Shown: positions 12,788 to 24,665, numbered from the whole stretch's first letter. The stretch is DNA of 55,662 nucleotides, filler included, from Squatina squatina (GCA_031763465.1; 4 parts of 4 records of this genome joined end to end with filler, not necessarily neighbours in it), one strand, 5' to 3'. Notes: generated from the sequence alone by a model not told the origin. Made by a program: numbers and translations.

Positions 12788-13728
12788 ACACACCGTATAT
12801 CTTGTCTGAGGCGTCTTGAATAATAGTGACAGAGCCAAAGTTCAAACGTTAAAAGCTTAAAAGAAATAAACTGTAGAGATGTTTAAGTTGTGGAACGAGA
12901 TCTCTATGTGTCTTTTGTGTATACTGACGTCAGTATTTTTATTTGAAAGTTTTGTATTTTAGGCTTTGAGCGTTTGCCCTGATGTAATTGTTATTAAGCT
13001 ATTTGTTTCTACAGCAGAGTTAGACCAGAGATTGACATAGATGGCGAGGCTTCCTCCTCTGAGACTGGCTGATTTTCACATTCCCTCGACGCGTTCTTGT
13101 GGTTGCAAGCCGTCACTTTTTTTCCCCTTATTTCCGAGTGCAGCTACCAGAACTGAACTGGATCTCACAAGTCATGTCTAGGATCACGACCTATAGGGGG
13201 AAAGGTGCGCTTCCTGTACACACATATATCGTCTAGCCACTTTCCTGCAATCCTGGCCGTCTGAAACTTGTCTAATATCTGATCGGGCAGTGGGAAATAA
13301 AAATAATCAGAGAAAGTACAACATTCCAGCACGTTCGCCTTCGTTCCATTGAGATCTTGGAAACCCAGTAGACATAACAACCTTTTGGCACTCTTGTGTC
13401 AGTCCTCCCAATTCCAACACATTGTATTCGTCTATCGCTTTATACAGAGTTGTAATTAAATACATTCCATGTCATAAAAAACACTGTTAGACGATTTTGA
13501 ATTCATCACATTTATTTCGACCTCTATCCTTTGGCTAAGGTGCCCCATACAATACGCGTGCCTTGTTCCAAGCACAGGGAATGTTGTCACGTTGAAATGC
13601 CCACATATTTGCCTGGTTATTTCAGCAGATGGAGCATTGTTGAAAGCTCGCGTCAGCCCAGTCTGCCAGCGGCCCGGCCTGTTTGCACAGCCTCTGATTT
13701 TTTTTGCAGCGCGCCTGCTTGCTGGGCT

Positions 13729-13993
13729 GGAGGTATGCGCTGTGTCAAGAGGTCACACACAATCCGGTGTCAGGCAGGAACTGGGAAGCTGCCCAGGAAT
13801 GTTGGCGTGGATCCAAAGGCAAGTCTGCTGGCGGGGCCGGCCGGCCGCCCGCCTCAGCCGGGCTGGGAGAGGATAAAAAGCGCGCGCTTCACCCACTCAA
13901 CACACACAAACTGCTCGACAGACAGAAAGAGAAGAAAACAGCAGCAGCAGCAGCAAATCCACTCCATCCGACTGTCAAGCGGAAGATAGAAAA
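13729..13993 (+). promoter_or_regulatory. CCN2: CCN2 (CTGF)-like proximal promoter and start of 5' UTR
   Basis: GGAGGTATGCGCTGTGTCAAGAGGTCACACACAATCCGGTGT resembles the human CCN2 promoter as remembered (GGAGGAATGCTGAGTGTCAAGGGGTCAGGATCAATCCGGTGT, containing BCE-1). Also GGAATG TEAD-type site at 13796-13801, GC-rich stretch, TATA-like GATAAAAA at 13872-13879, and linkage to MOXD1. No coding sequence is present. Confidence 0.72.
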
Positions 13994-14093
13994 NNNNNNN
14001 NNNNNNNNNNNNNNNNNNNNNNNNNNNNNNNNNNNNNTTAATTAATTAANNNNNNNNNNNNNNNNNNNNNNNNNNNNNNNNNNNNNNNNNNNN
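13994..14093. other. artificial scaffold linker
   Basis: 44 N + TTAATTAATTAA (14038-14049; stop codons in all six frames) + 44 N. Confidence 0.97.
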
Positions 14094-15264
14094 GCCCAAT
14101 ATGGGGAGCTTTCCTTGGTGTCCCACAATTCGAGACCTAAACTGGGAATATTGCCACTGTCACTGCGGCAACATAGCTAAAGTGGAAAAGTGAGTCATTT
14201 TCAGAACTAACTGACATTTGACATTTTTTTGATTAATTTTTGTGCACATATCAAATATTTAAAGCTATTAAACACAAGATGATGAATTTGCTCCTGCTGT
14301 ACAGACAAACTGAAGTGATATTGACAACGGAAATGAAATAACTGATTTTCCAATTCAAGAATCAGGCACTATGTGCAAGAAGGGGTTAGGCAGAGGGCAG
14401 GAAACCAAATGGCTAATGTGATGGCAAACTCCATGAAGGGGCAGTATCTTAGAGGTTCCCTACCCCCATTTCAGTTGTACATATAGGGTCATTACACTAC
14501 TAAAACTGAATAAAGAAATTGGGTTACATTNNNNNNNNNNGTGAGAATACACATCAGTAACCCAATTTGTAATGTTAAGTTTCATAAAAATCTACCTTTT
14601 CAGGACATGCTAGTTTGCCTACCTGATCCTATCTTCCTTCTCACCTTGTCTTTACATTCGAAAGGAATTCCCCCTAATAACCTGCAGGTCTCTGAGTACT
14701 TGTCATTGTTAACTGGAGCAGACAATGGACTGGATAAGGTAGTCAGAAACTTCCTGGCCTGTTGTAACAGTAGTATCTGCAATACAAGCTAGACAGTCTA
14801 TCTCCATGATCTTCAATAGCTGAAAGGGCCCATCTCAAAAGTTCTCACTCCCACCTGNNNNNNNNNNNNNNNNNNNNNNNNNNNNNNNNNNNNNNNNNNN
14901 NNNNNNNNNNNNNNNNNNNNNNNNNNNNNNNNNNNNNNNNNNNNNNNNNNNNNNNNNTACCTCGGCTAATAAAGGAGAGCATTCCGTATGTCTTCACAAC
15001 CTTCCGTCAGTGCTGCTCTGAACCGGGTGCCAGAAGGTGTTGAGATCATCCACTTGCTCTCTGTTTTTCTTTCAGAGGTTGCGCTTGGTCTCTCCCCAGC
15101 TCTTTCTGTCGGGACATTGGATAGGTCAAAAGCTTGGGGATACGGCAGGTTGCTAACACGAACCCACGCTCCCCACTCTCCTGTGGTGTTGTGCTCTTAG
15201 CAACTCTTAAAACTAATAAATTAAAGAGTTAAAAGGCATTTCCATCAGCTTCCCCCATTTTGGT

Positions 15265-15410
15265 TTAGCTTGGCTCAGTGGCAGCACTTTCAGTTGAATT
15301 TCCGTTTCAGGGATTTGAGCACATAAACCAGACTGGCACTTTAGTACTGTATTGTCAGAGCATCTTTCAGATAAGACATTTAAAAAGGCCTGTTCAAGTG
15401 GATGTACCAT
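15265..15410 (+). mobile_element. degenerate DeuSINE 5' fragment
   Basis: tggctcagtggcagcact...gatttgagcacataaaccagactggcact...ctttcagataagacatt resembles 24955-25100. Confidence 0.55.
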
Positions 15411-15981
15411 ATGGCTGTAATGGCCTTCCTCCTCCATATTTGCCTATTGATCTAGTGTCTAGGCCATCCAGTCTAATCTAATTCTTCCTGCTCAGAAAGG
15501 CCTACCATACCCACCACCTCCCCCACCCAAATAATCCAAGGGTTTTTGCCTCCATGACCCAATCTGGAAATTTGTTCGATGTGGTGATCACTCATTGACA
15601 AGTACAGAAAAGAAGTGTCCTATTTATTGCAATGACAATTGTGCGCTAAATATTCTGGTGACAATCGTACGAGCAGCACACAGATCTGTGCTGTGATAAA
15701 TTGTACTTTTCTACAAGATTGAGTCACACACAGTCCAGATGGGGAAGAAGGAGGGGCTGACAAATTTAGATGGCAGTTTACAAAAAAAACTTCAGGATTA
15801 CACACACAGTGTTTCCTAACATATTGGATTTATTTATGGTGTTACCGTGTTAATGAGCAACACCATAACACAAAAACGCTAAAACTGTGTGCAATATAAT
15901 TAAGTAAACACGTTTCACAATCTGGTAAAATATATTCGCTAGCTTAGAAAGTGATGCTGTTTTGTTGTGATTTTCCATTAG

Positions 15982-16182
15982 TTATGGATGGGCGCACATC
16001 CCAAAGGGGACGCAGTCATCTGCGACAACAGGATTTCCCAGAAGACTCTTGGGCAATGGATTGCAGAGCATCCTGAGTGTTTGGGGTCAAAGGTGAAAGA
16101 TATTTTCCAAGGACAGCTGCCTTTTTTGTTCAAGGTGCTTTCGGTCAACATCTCGTTATCTATTCAAGCTCATCCAAACAAA
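15982..16182 (+). CDS. MPI: mannose-6-phosphate isomerase, internal exon (human exon 3 equivalent)
   Basis: 201-bp exon, ttttccattAG|...|GTaagc. Translates [10 protein letters not shown]...[22 protein letters not shown], containing the type I PMI motifs LWMGxHP and LSIQAHP. Confidence 0.96.
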
Positions 16183-17724
16183 GTAAGCAAAGAACTGGCT
16201 AAGTTAGGACTCTTGGTGCTCCCCAATTAGCCGGGCAAATAACCTCATTTGTGGCATAGAATCTAACTTTGATTTTGGTCATAATTTTTGTATGCTCAGA
16301 ATCTTAAATTCCCGAACAAAACTGTGCTTTTAAGAGAGGAAAGCTTTGTCTGGAGAATGAATGTCATTCCAAAAGGTGTTGAGCTGAAATACGTCATGTA
16401 CATACGTAAGACTTATTCTCTTCGGCAGTGGTTTCCAACTGCACATGTTGACATGCTTCCAGATGCCCCTGCCCTGACTTTTAAAGACTGGGGCAATTAC
16501 CCAGGGGAAAACAGTGCTATTATTGCAGTATTTTATCTTACTGGTATCCATAACGAACGTGTGAGTAAGTTAACACAGAACTCTCAAGACATCATGCTTG
16601 TTATGCTCAAGAACGGCTGACTGGCAGAAATATGATGAATTCTGGTATCCCCTCATGGGTCCCGCTTTGCTCTCAGATAACGGTGGAAATAACTTTGTAC
16701 GTTTCACTGCCTTTTCTTCCGAATGCTAAAAATTGCACTTTAACAAAAAAGAATCCATCTTTGTAGGATGACAAACTGATTCATTTTGTAACCCACATAA
16801 AATCAGTGGTAGAGAGAATGAGAATGCATTGAACCAAATTGCACGATCACATTGACCAAGCCGCACACGCAGACTGAGCAACCATGCAGCAACCTTCCAC
16901 CATGTATATACCCTTCCACCTGGACTGACAAGTACATGCACCCACTCGTAATGACCCACTGTGTGGATTAGTTAGATATGCACATGAACCCTTCTGCGCA
17001 TAAAATTAGTATTTCCAAACCCACTGAAGCAAAGAAAATGACTCCATTCATGGACCGTTTTGTACACTGATGGCGGAGGGTTCGCTCACTCTACTTTCAC
17101 CTTTAGCACTTTTAATTCCAGCCAGGCCTGATTGGGACAAAAGTCTTCTGTCTCTCTGCCAACTGTCACTCCCCATTTTTAGTGGTTATGTNNNNNNNNN
17201 NAAAGACGAGTACACAGTACAGAACTAAACTTAATTTAACTGATGCAATCTAATTGCCAGTTTCACTTGAGGCCATAAATGTAACTGGTATATGTTTACA
17301 TGGGTGCATTCGGAGGGAATCTAAGGCTGGAGTTAAGGCACCGGTAGGGGCGGGGAGAGCATATAAATATAAATCCACTTTCACTATTTATAATAGAATC
17401 ATAAACATGTTATTTATACATGGATTTACAATTTTGTTAGAAATGGTGATGCNNNNNNNNNNNNNNNNNNNNNNNNNNNNNNNNNNNNNNNNNNNNNNNN
17501 NNNNNNNNNNNNNNNNNNNNNNNNNNNNNNNNNNNNNNNNNNNNNNNNNNNNGAATATCAACTATAGTAAAAATCATTATTTTTTTTTTAATAAAATCAA
17601 CTGATACTAGATCAAGAATCCAAGCATTTTCTTGTTGCAGCATGGCCCCAACAAGCTTTAAGGGTGGGGGAAGGTTTTTTTTTAAAATATAAAAACACAA
17701 ACTAAATAGCAGTCAAGTGGGTAC

Positions 17725-17887
17725 CTTCCAACAGCCAAAAGTAATATTTGACGATATGGAGAACTTCAGCCCTATTTTCTGAAAGATTGATACCGAATCC
17801 CTCAAGTATGTAGGTTATCTCCTCTCGGACTCCAGCCCGCATCTTCTGTAGAGTTGGAACAACATCCACCACAAGCAAGAGAGCAAA
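17725..17887 (-). CDS. STRA6: STRA6 retinol-binding-protein receptor, internal exon
   Basis: 163-bp exon, ttttctcccgtacAG|...G|GTaccc. Translates FALLLVVDVVPTLQKMRAGVREEITYILEGFGINLSENRAEVLHIVKYYFWLLE versus remembered [54 protein letters not shown]. Oriented head-to-head with CCDC33. Confidence 0.9.
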
Positions 17888-18099
17888 CTGTACGGGAGAA
17901 AAAAAAGGGACAGGAGTATTTCAATAAGGAGGTGCTGAAAATAAAACGCTGGAAATCTGAAGTGGAAGAGAACAGTATCAAAGTAATAGAAGAAAGAAAA
18001 AGTTAATAGTCGGTGTTAACTTTTGAACTGGCCACAACCTTAACCTTTCACAGTGACTGACCTAATGTACATTTCCAGGAACATGTTCATGGCTGTATT

Positions 18100-18446
18100 T
18101 AAAGAACTTGCATTTACACAGCCTCAAGACACCCCAAAGCACTTTACAGCTAATCAAGTACTTTGGGTGCAGTCGCTGCTGTAATGCAGGAAATGCAGCA
18201 GCCAATTTGCTCACAGCAAGCTCCCTCAAACAGCGAGCTTAATGACTAGATAAATGTTTTGGTGAATATTGGTCAGGACACCAGGGAGAACTCCTCTGAA
18301 GACCATGGGATCGTGAAGGTCCCACCCGAGGTGGTAGTTGCCGGCACGATTTAACGACTCGTCTGAAAGACCACACCGCCGACAGTGCGGCGCTCCCTCA
18401 GTACTGCAGTGTCAGCCTGGAATTTTGTGCTCAAGTCTCTGGAGTC
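18100..18446 (-). mobile_element. DeuSINE (SacSINE1-like), mostly complete
   Basis: Reverse complement of the 24953-25390 element: aagaacttgcattta...ctttacagctaatcaagtac...caggacaccagggagaactcc...gtgtcagcctgg...gtgctcaagtc. Confidence 0.8.
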
Positions 18447-19431
18447 ACTCAAATTTCCCCCTGCCCTCCAATTCTTGGAGCTCTGCCACATCTGTTTATG
18501 TTGGGCAATAGTTTGCTCCAGTGCATACTTTTTTTTTGGCTCAGGGTGCTATGTATATGGATTATAAGATCAAACATTGTTCAGGTCACTCCAACCTGAA
18601 CCAACAGTGTTGGGGTTTAAGCATTTCTGAAATAAATTACACAATGTCTTTAATGANNNNNNNNNNNNNNNNNNNNNNNNNNNNNNNNNNNNNNNNNNNN
18701 NNNNNNNNNNNNNNNNNNNNNNNNNNNNNNNNNNNNNNNNNNNNNNNNNNNNNNNNGCTGTAACCGTTCTGTGATTCCATGATTTTGAGCTAAAATTATT
18801 CAGAGTAAATTTTAAAAGCACAAGACTGAGCGTGGGTTATTGAATGTTTTCACTCGAGGCAGCTTCAAGGTGTTTTGTCTTATGCTTATCTTTGGCAGGT
18901 AAAGCAGCTAGCCTTTGTGTAACATGTCACCTTGGTTATTATATGGCGTATAATCCGTTGACTTTGAAGTGTACTTTGTTTGTGTTATGCAGTGCTTTGA
19001 TTGGTCGGTGGTTGCTGCCTAGGTTCACGACAACAAACTGAACAGGTTGTGCGAATCGTGTTCCCAAATCCAGAAGGGTTGTGAGAACAAGGGCAGCATT
19101 TGGGATTTCAACACAAAGTACCTGTTCATGATCTCACTCGAAAACGGAACCTGAAGGTACTCGTAGTGTGTTCAGAGCCCAGGTAATGTTACGCTGCCTG
19201 AGTTGTGAATTCTCCTGTTGCTGTACTTTCAAACAATGGATCAGCGGCAATTATTCAGGATCCTGTGGCCTGGGAAGATTTCCCCTTTTACATCACTCGA
19301 ATGCAGTAACAATTAACTCTTTCTCTCTCTCTTTCCGCAGGTAGCTTTTTCTAGCCGGCAGCAACTTCCTGTCCAGTGGGATTTGGAGAGGTGGGGGGCG
19401 CAAACAGCACATTTGCGGAAAAAAAAAGAAT

Positions 19432-19637
19432 ATGCACAGGTCACGGTTAGAGATCGAGAACAAGGAGTTAGACTTTGAGTTTGAGATTGTCAACGTGCAG
19501 TTTAATGAGCTGGGACGATACGCCTTGAGACTGACAGTCGAAAACCCGCTCCTTGAAGGGTCTGGGTCTGGTGTGCGGTTGTGGGTGAACAACGGTGATG
19601 TACTGTGCAAAAACACGGCAACCACTGATATCATTGC
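19432..19637 (+). CDS. CCDC33: CCDC33 N-terminal coding exon, truncated by gap
   Basis: MHRSRLEIENKELDFEFEIVNVQFNELGRYALRLTVENPLLEGSGSGVRLWVNNGD...TDII versus remembered [48 protein letters not shown]...TDVI. Acceptor ctttccgcAG at 19339-19340. Confidence 0.88.
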
Positions 19638-19737
19638 NNNNNNNNNNNNNNNNNNNNNNNNNNNNNNNNNNNNNNNNNNNNNNNNNNNNNNNNNNNNNNN
19701 NNNNNNNNNNNNNNNNNNNNNNNNNNNNNNNNNNNNN

Positions 19738-20360
19738 ACAAACACACAACACACAAATACAAAACACACAGAGCCACACACAACGCAATCACACACACGC
19801 ACACAACACACACACACACAGTCAGACAGAACACACACACAACACACACACACAACATGCAAACAGCACAAACAGACACAGACACAGAGAACACTCACAC
19901 ACAACCCACAGACACACACAACACACACAAACACACACACACAGACACTCACACTCACAACACACACATGAAACACACACAACACACAACACACACATAC
20001 ACCCACACACACAACACAGACAGAGCCACACCCAACACACACAAAACAAACACCACACACACACACACATACACGCACACACTGACACACACAGACTAGA
20101 CACACGTGCAGATACAGAGACAGACACACAGAGACAGACACACAGAGAGACACTGACACACACCCAGACATAGACACACACACTGACACACACAGACAGA
20201 CACACATGCAGACACAGTCACAGAGAGAGAGAGAGAGACACACACACACACATAGATACACGGAGAGACACTGACACACACCCAGACACAGGCACACACA
20301 GAGAGACAGACACACAGAGACAGACACGGACACACAGAGACAGACACACACTCAAACACA
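19738..20360. repeat. degenerate (CA)n/(CAGA)n microsatellite-derived tract
   Basis: ~620 bp of CA/CAGA repeats; produces the spurious C/V- and H/T-rich ORFs. Confidence 0.95.
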
Positions 20361-22577
20361 TGTCCTGCAGGGGTTGCTAGTTTGCTATCAGGAGTAAGAA
20401 CCCTGGCCAATTGTAACCCAGGGCGCTTTGGCCAGTTGCAGCACTGGTACAAACTTGGTTAATTAGCGCTGCGTTTAATTAGGGCTGTACAGAGCGGATG
20501 GATGGTTCCTCAGCTTTTGCCTTCACGTGGAGCGAAGGCAGGTCTGAACACACGTTGCTGCGGCAATACAGTGAGAGTGAAAATGGAATCTCCCTGAGCC
20601 ACCAGTTTGGGTTTGCTCCATCTGTTGATAGTGTGGAGTCAGCCCCGAGCAATCAGCACACAGACAGAAACATCTGACTTGCTAATTTANNNNNNNNNNT
20701 ACACAGCTCATTTCAATCTTGGTTTCATTAACACTCGGACAGATTGTATTTTCACACAGGCGTCCTTGGAGAGATGCTTTCCTCCCGTGAAGAGAGTTAA
20801 GAGCCCTGTGTGTACAATGTGCCAAGTGTTGAGATAGATGTGTGTACTAATGATTACTAATAATGAGGCAGAGAATAGTGATGCTCAGAACCCACCAGTA
20901 TTTGATGAAGAAGTTTCACACTCATTAATAAAGCAGCAGTAAAGGCCCCGCTGGAGAATTAAGGACAATATTTAACAGGAATTATAATTAAGAGAAACAT
21001 TAAAAAATAGAATTGCTGAAAGGTTAAAAATGGTCATTCCAGGATTGCCTTGTTTGACTAATGGACAGTAGACATAAACGTAAACAAAGCATAATGGCCT
21101 CAGCCTCTCAAAAAGAAGTGCTAAATGATAAAGGATTCATGACTAGGAAATGTTTTAAGTAGATTGTGGGGAAGGGGATAATTTCATCACCCTCACTTTG
21201 GCTGTAGCACATAAACATTTAATGTTCAGAGCCCAGAGCACCTCATTGCATAAAAGTGCTCAATTTCATATCAATTTTAAATACGTGGCCAATTCATTTT
21301 GCTGTCATATCACATTAAAAACTTTACAGTGGAAAAGATTCCACCTGTTCCTTTTTCCTTCAGAGTACAAATATATTCATAACTGTCTTGAAATATATAT
21401 ATTCTTATTAATAATTATGCTATGGTTTATCAACATTGGAATTGAACATAGCATTCAAATATATTTTAGGCAGACATGTAAATATTACAATGCCCCACTT
21501 AATGGTTTGAATTCTGCCAATAAATCCAGAGTGCTATTTTGCTTCTTCCTGCAACAATTTTAAAGTTTTGCAAACAAATTGGAATAGCTCCAAAAAAACC
21601 CATTCTGAGATAGCATCTTAGAATACAGGACATAGGCCAAATTCAGATTAACTCAAATGCATTTGTATTCCCATCACCGATTAAGATCACAACAAAAGGA
21701 AATCTACCTATAAAACCCACGACACAAGTTACTCCTCAACAAAAGAGTCAAAGGTGAAGAAAAGCTGAGAGTGAAGAGATTCCAGGCTGTGAAGAGGAAG
21801 GAAATACTTCATGACAAGAAGCAGCCTCAGCCAGCTGATTCTCCTCTTGTCAATCAAAGGATTCGCTTGCACCTCGTAGGCATCTCGCTGAAGTTGATGA
21901 AGATGCAAGATCAGAATGAAAACACGCTGAGGTAATCACACTTCAAGATCAGTGAAGACAAGAAAGAGTTAATTATATATATCACATTATACAAGACACA
22001 CAAGAGAATAGAAATAGAGAGTGATTCCTTTGTATTATATATACCATATTTATTTTACAGTCTCTAGGGACAAAAATAAAAATGGTTCTACCTCCATGTA
22101 ACTATCTCTCTGGATCTTTCCCACTCTGATTCTGCATGTGTCTTCTGTGCTCTCCCTCTGTATTCCTCTTACACGCTTCCCTCACATGGTGACTTATCTC
22201 TCTGGTTGTCTCTGACTCTTTCTCACTCTCTCTGATTCTTTACATTCATTATATATACGTATAGCTAAATAGGAGGAACGCACAGCGCGTAACAAAAGCA
22301 GGTTTTAAATGAGTATCCCTTCCAAATAAGTCACATTTTTGATTTTTGTTCCAATAGNNNNNNNNNNNNNNNNNNNNNNNNNNNNNNNNNNNNNNNNNNN
22401 NNNNNNNNNNNNNNNNNNNNNNNNNNNNNNNNNNNNNNNNNNNNNNNNNNNNNNNNNGGGACAGGGATCAGTTCCCAATTCTATTGGGGCTGGGACAGGG
22501 TTCAATTTGCACGTTTATTGGTATTTGATTGACGTTGATTTTTTTTGTGTGTGTGTGCCTCTTTCCCCCAACTCCAG

Positions 22578-22679
22578 CCCCACCCCAGCATCCCATCTGG
22601 TGTGCGATTGTACGCCACCGTGGTTCGAAAAGGCAGTGTCATTCCTCGTCAAGAAGGCTTCGCTTTCACTGGCTTTGAG
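22578..22679 (+). CDS. CCDC33: CCDC33 internal exon
   Basis: 102-bp phase 0-0 exon, actccAG|...GAG|GTgaga. Translates [34 protein letters not shown] versus remembered [26 protein letters not shown]. Confidence 0.85.
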
Positions 22680-23100
22680 GTGAGACCTGGAATGTGTGCG
22701 ACAAAAAAGATGTACATTTTCTTTTTCAGAAAAAGGAGATGAGTGAAAGAATTCGGATATGAATCTATGGGGTCCCCTGTGGTTACCCACATTTCTCCAT
22801 TTGTACCTAATAGCATTCCCTTTCAAAAGCGACCTTACTTACAGATGTAATGACACTNNNNNNNNNNTATGTAGATGTTAAGGTTTCATTGCGAGTGATC
22901 CTGAAAGTGCACTCTGGGTTATTAAAGGTCGCCCGTTTAACATGTTCTAGAAATCTTCTCTTTCTTATTTCAGTGAAGCTTTTAACCCATTTTAAACAAA
23001 TGGGTTAAGGCCTCCTGAATATGTAGTGCAGGAAGGAGCTTGAGATGAAGATGTTAAATCTTATTTGTGTATAGGTTGTGTTATTTCTCTGTGCCTGCTG

Positions 23101-23114
23101 ATTGCCATGGCAAC
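23101..23114. promoter_or_regulatory. RFX X-box-like motif
   Basis: ATTGCCATGGCAAC, 13/14 match to the palindromic X-box GTTGCCATGGCAAC. Confidence 0.4.
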
Positions 23115-23222
23115 TGGGGCATNNNNNNNNNNNNNNNNNNNNNNNNNNNNNNNNNNNNNNNNNNNNNNNNNNNNNNNNNNNNNNNNNNNNNNNNNNNNNN
23201 NNNNNNNNNNNNNNNNNNNNNN

Positions 23223-23341
23223 CTGATAGGGTGAGATGAGAAGGAGTGAGAGGAGGCTCGTGTGGAGCGTGCACGCCGGCAAGGGCCAGTTGGGCCAAAT
23301 GGCTTGTTTCTGCGCTGGAGACTCGAGGTAACTCGATGTAA
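23223..23341 (+). mobile_element. CR1-type LINE 3' tail
   Basis: gaggaggctcgtgtggagc...ccagttgggccaaatggcttgtttctgcgctg followed by short octamer-like repeats (actcgaggt/actcgatgt). Confidence 0.65.
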
Positions 23342-24149
23342 GTTGTTCAAATAAATGTTAGTGTGTGTGCCTGTGAACTGCCACACAAATAGTATTTGCA
23401 ATTTGCAGCACAGACGAGCACAGCACATTTATTTTTATTGCATCCACCGCGAGAAGAGAAAGGAGCATCAGTCACAGCTGTGAATTTTACGCTGGCTGAC
23501 TGCAACAGCAAAACAAAAGTAATCGGCCAATCTTACTGGGGCACCAATGAGAGAATTAAGGCATTCAAGAAACGAGCTTTGATGGGCCGAGTGGCCTTCT
23601 GCTGTCCTCCGCTTTTCTTATACTTCCCAGAATCCAGCAACTCTTCAGGTTAAAAAGAAAACGGCACAAAAGCAACGGATATAAAAAAAAAGGATTGCAA
23701 CCGCATTTTTATGAAAGTAGATGTGTGAAGTAATGTAGGAAACTGCTGCTGCTTAAATTGGGAGCCAGATGCTCGAGAGATTTGCTACAATCGTTAAGCT
23801 GAAAAAAAATGAACAGGTGTAAATAATCACCATTTTCTTTGCTCAATTCCACTTCTTCCCTTTGAAAAAAGTATTACAAATAATTAACTGTACGCTCTGC
23901 CGCATTCGTGGGATGGCTGACTTGTTTTTTCACTCTCTTCCTTTCCAGGCAACTTCCAACTGGTGTTCTGCATCTCAGTTCCCAGCTCTACCCTCCCAGA
24001 AGCTCCTGTTTAAAACCTGACCTACTCCCCATCTCTTCTTTTCTGTCCCCTGCAATATCAGCAAGTGAAAGGGTCGGGTCTCAGATTCTTTCCCTGCCCA
24101 GGTCAGCAATCGTGTCAACCAAACCACTCCCAAGAGTAGGGGCCATAAA

Positions 24150-24665
24150 TATAAGGCTCCAATGAAGCTGAACGTGAGCTCCAGGAACAGCACCTCATCT
24201 TTTGATTAGGCACTTTACAGCCTTAACATCGAGTTCAACAATTTCAGGCCATAACCTCTGCCCTATTTTTTTTATTCATTTAGTTATTTTTGGCTTTTTT
24301 TCCCCTCTAATGGCTGTTGCATTCCCCATTTACACCCCATCTAGACACATCTCTTATTTCTTAACTTGCCCATTTCCATCTCCTTTTGTCTTGCACCATC
24401 TCTTAATGTCCTTTAATCTTTTCTGCCTTCCACCCTATCACAGACCTTCCCTTTTGTTCTTTCTCTCCCTCACACCTTTCCCTGCCCTTGCACTTGCTTA
24501 AAAATGTGCTACAGTTCTAACTTTTTCTAGTTCTGATGAAGGGTCATCGACCTGAAGCGCTAACTCTGCTTCTTTGTCTCCACAGATGCTGCCTGGCCTG
24601 CTGAGTATTTCCAGCGTTCTCTGTTTTTATTTCAGACTCTAGCATCCACAATATTTTGCTTTTGC
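24150..24665 (+). mobile_element. Penelope-like element 3' fragment
   Basis: Degenerate ORF end (R)ELQEQHLIF*LGTLQP..NIEFNNFR resembling a PLE GIY-YIG C-terminus, then a pyrimidine-rich UTR, a hammerhead-like motif and cacagatgctgcctggcctgctgagtatttccagc. Confidence 0.75.
24529..24565 (+). ncRNA. minimal type I hammerhead-ribozyme-like motif (variant core)
   Basis: AGTT-CTGATGA-AGGGTCatcGACCT-GAAG-CG-CT-AACT: stem I AGTT/AACT, CUGAUGA core, stem II GGTC/GACC, palindromic mini stem III. Canonical GAAA...UH is changed to GAAG...CU. Confidence 0.55.

Noticed and set aside
13531-14045. 152-aa ORF with poly-Gln and overlapping ORFs
   Set aside because: GC-rich promoter/5' UTR sequence that lacks stops by composition; the short CAG run is better read as UTR.
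14038-14049. TTAATTAATTAA repeated three times at ~14-kb spacing as a biological motif
   Set aside because: It is always centred in exactly 44+44 N and is a six-frame-stop linker, so it is a concatenation artefact.
14541-15200. MPI exons 1-2 or a neighbouring gene
   Set aside because: No YAWGK-type motif or other recognisable peptide; the missing exons probably lie in gaps.
16632-16780. Box C/D snoRNA (ATGATGA ... CTGA)
   Set aside because: No terminal stem or recognisable guide; such short motifs are expected by chance.
17815-17830. Apparent frameshift in the STRA6 exon
   Set aside because: Re-reading across the line break gives GTC CGA GAG GAG ATA (VREEI), so the frame is intact.
19293-20452. 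Long Cys/Val-rich and His/Thr-rich ORFs (up to 352 aa)
   Set aside because: These are translations of a (CA)n-derived tract plus an N-gap. Only 19432-19637 is real coding sequence.
21714-21930. ~70-codon open frame ending at a GTAATC donor as a CCDC33 exon
   Set aside because: No convincing acceptor, an in-frame TAA immediately upstream, and no similarity to CCDC33 that I recognise.
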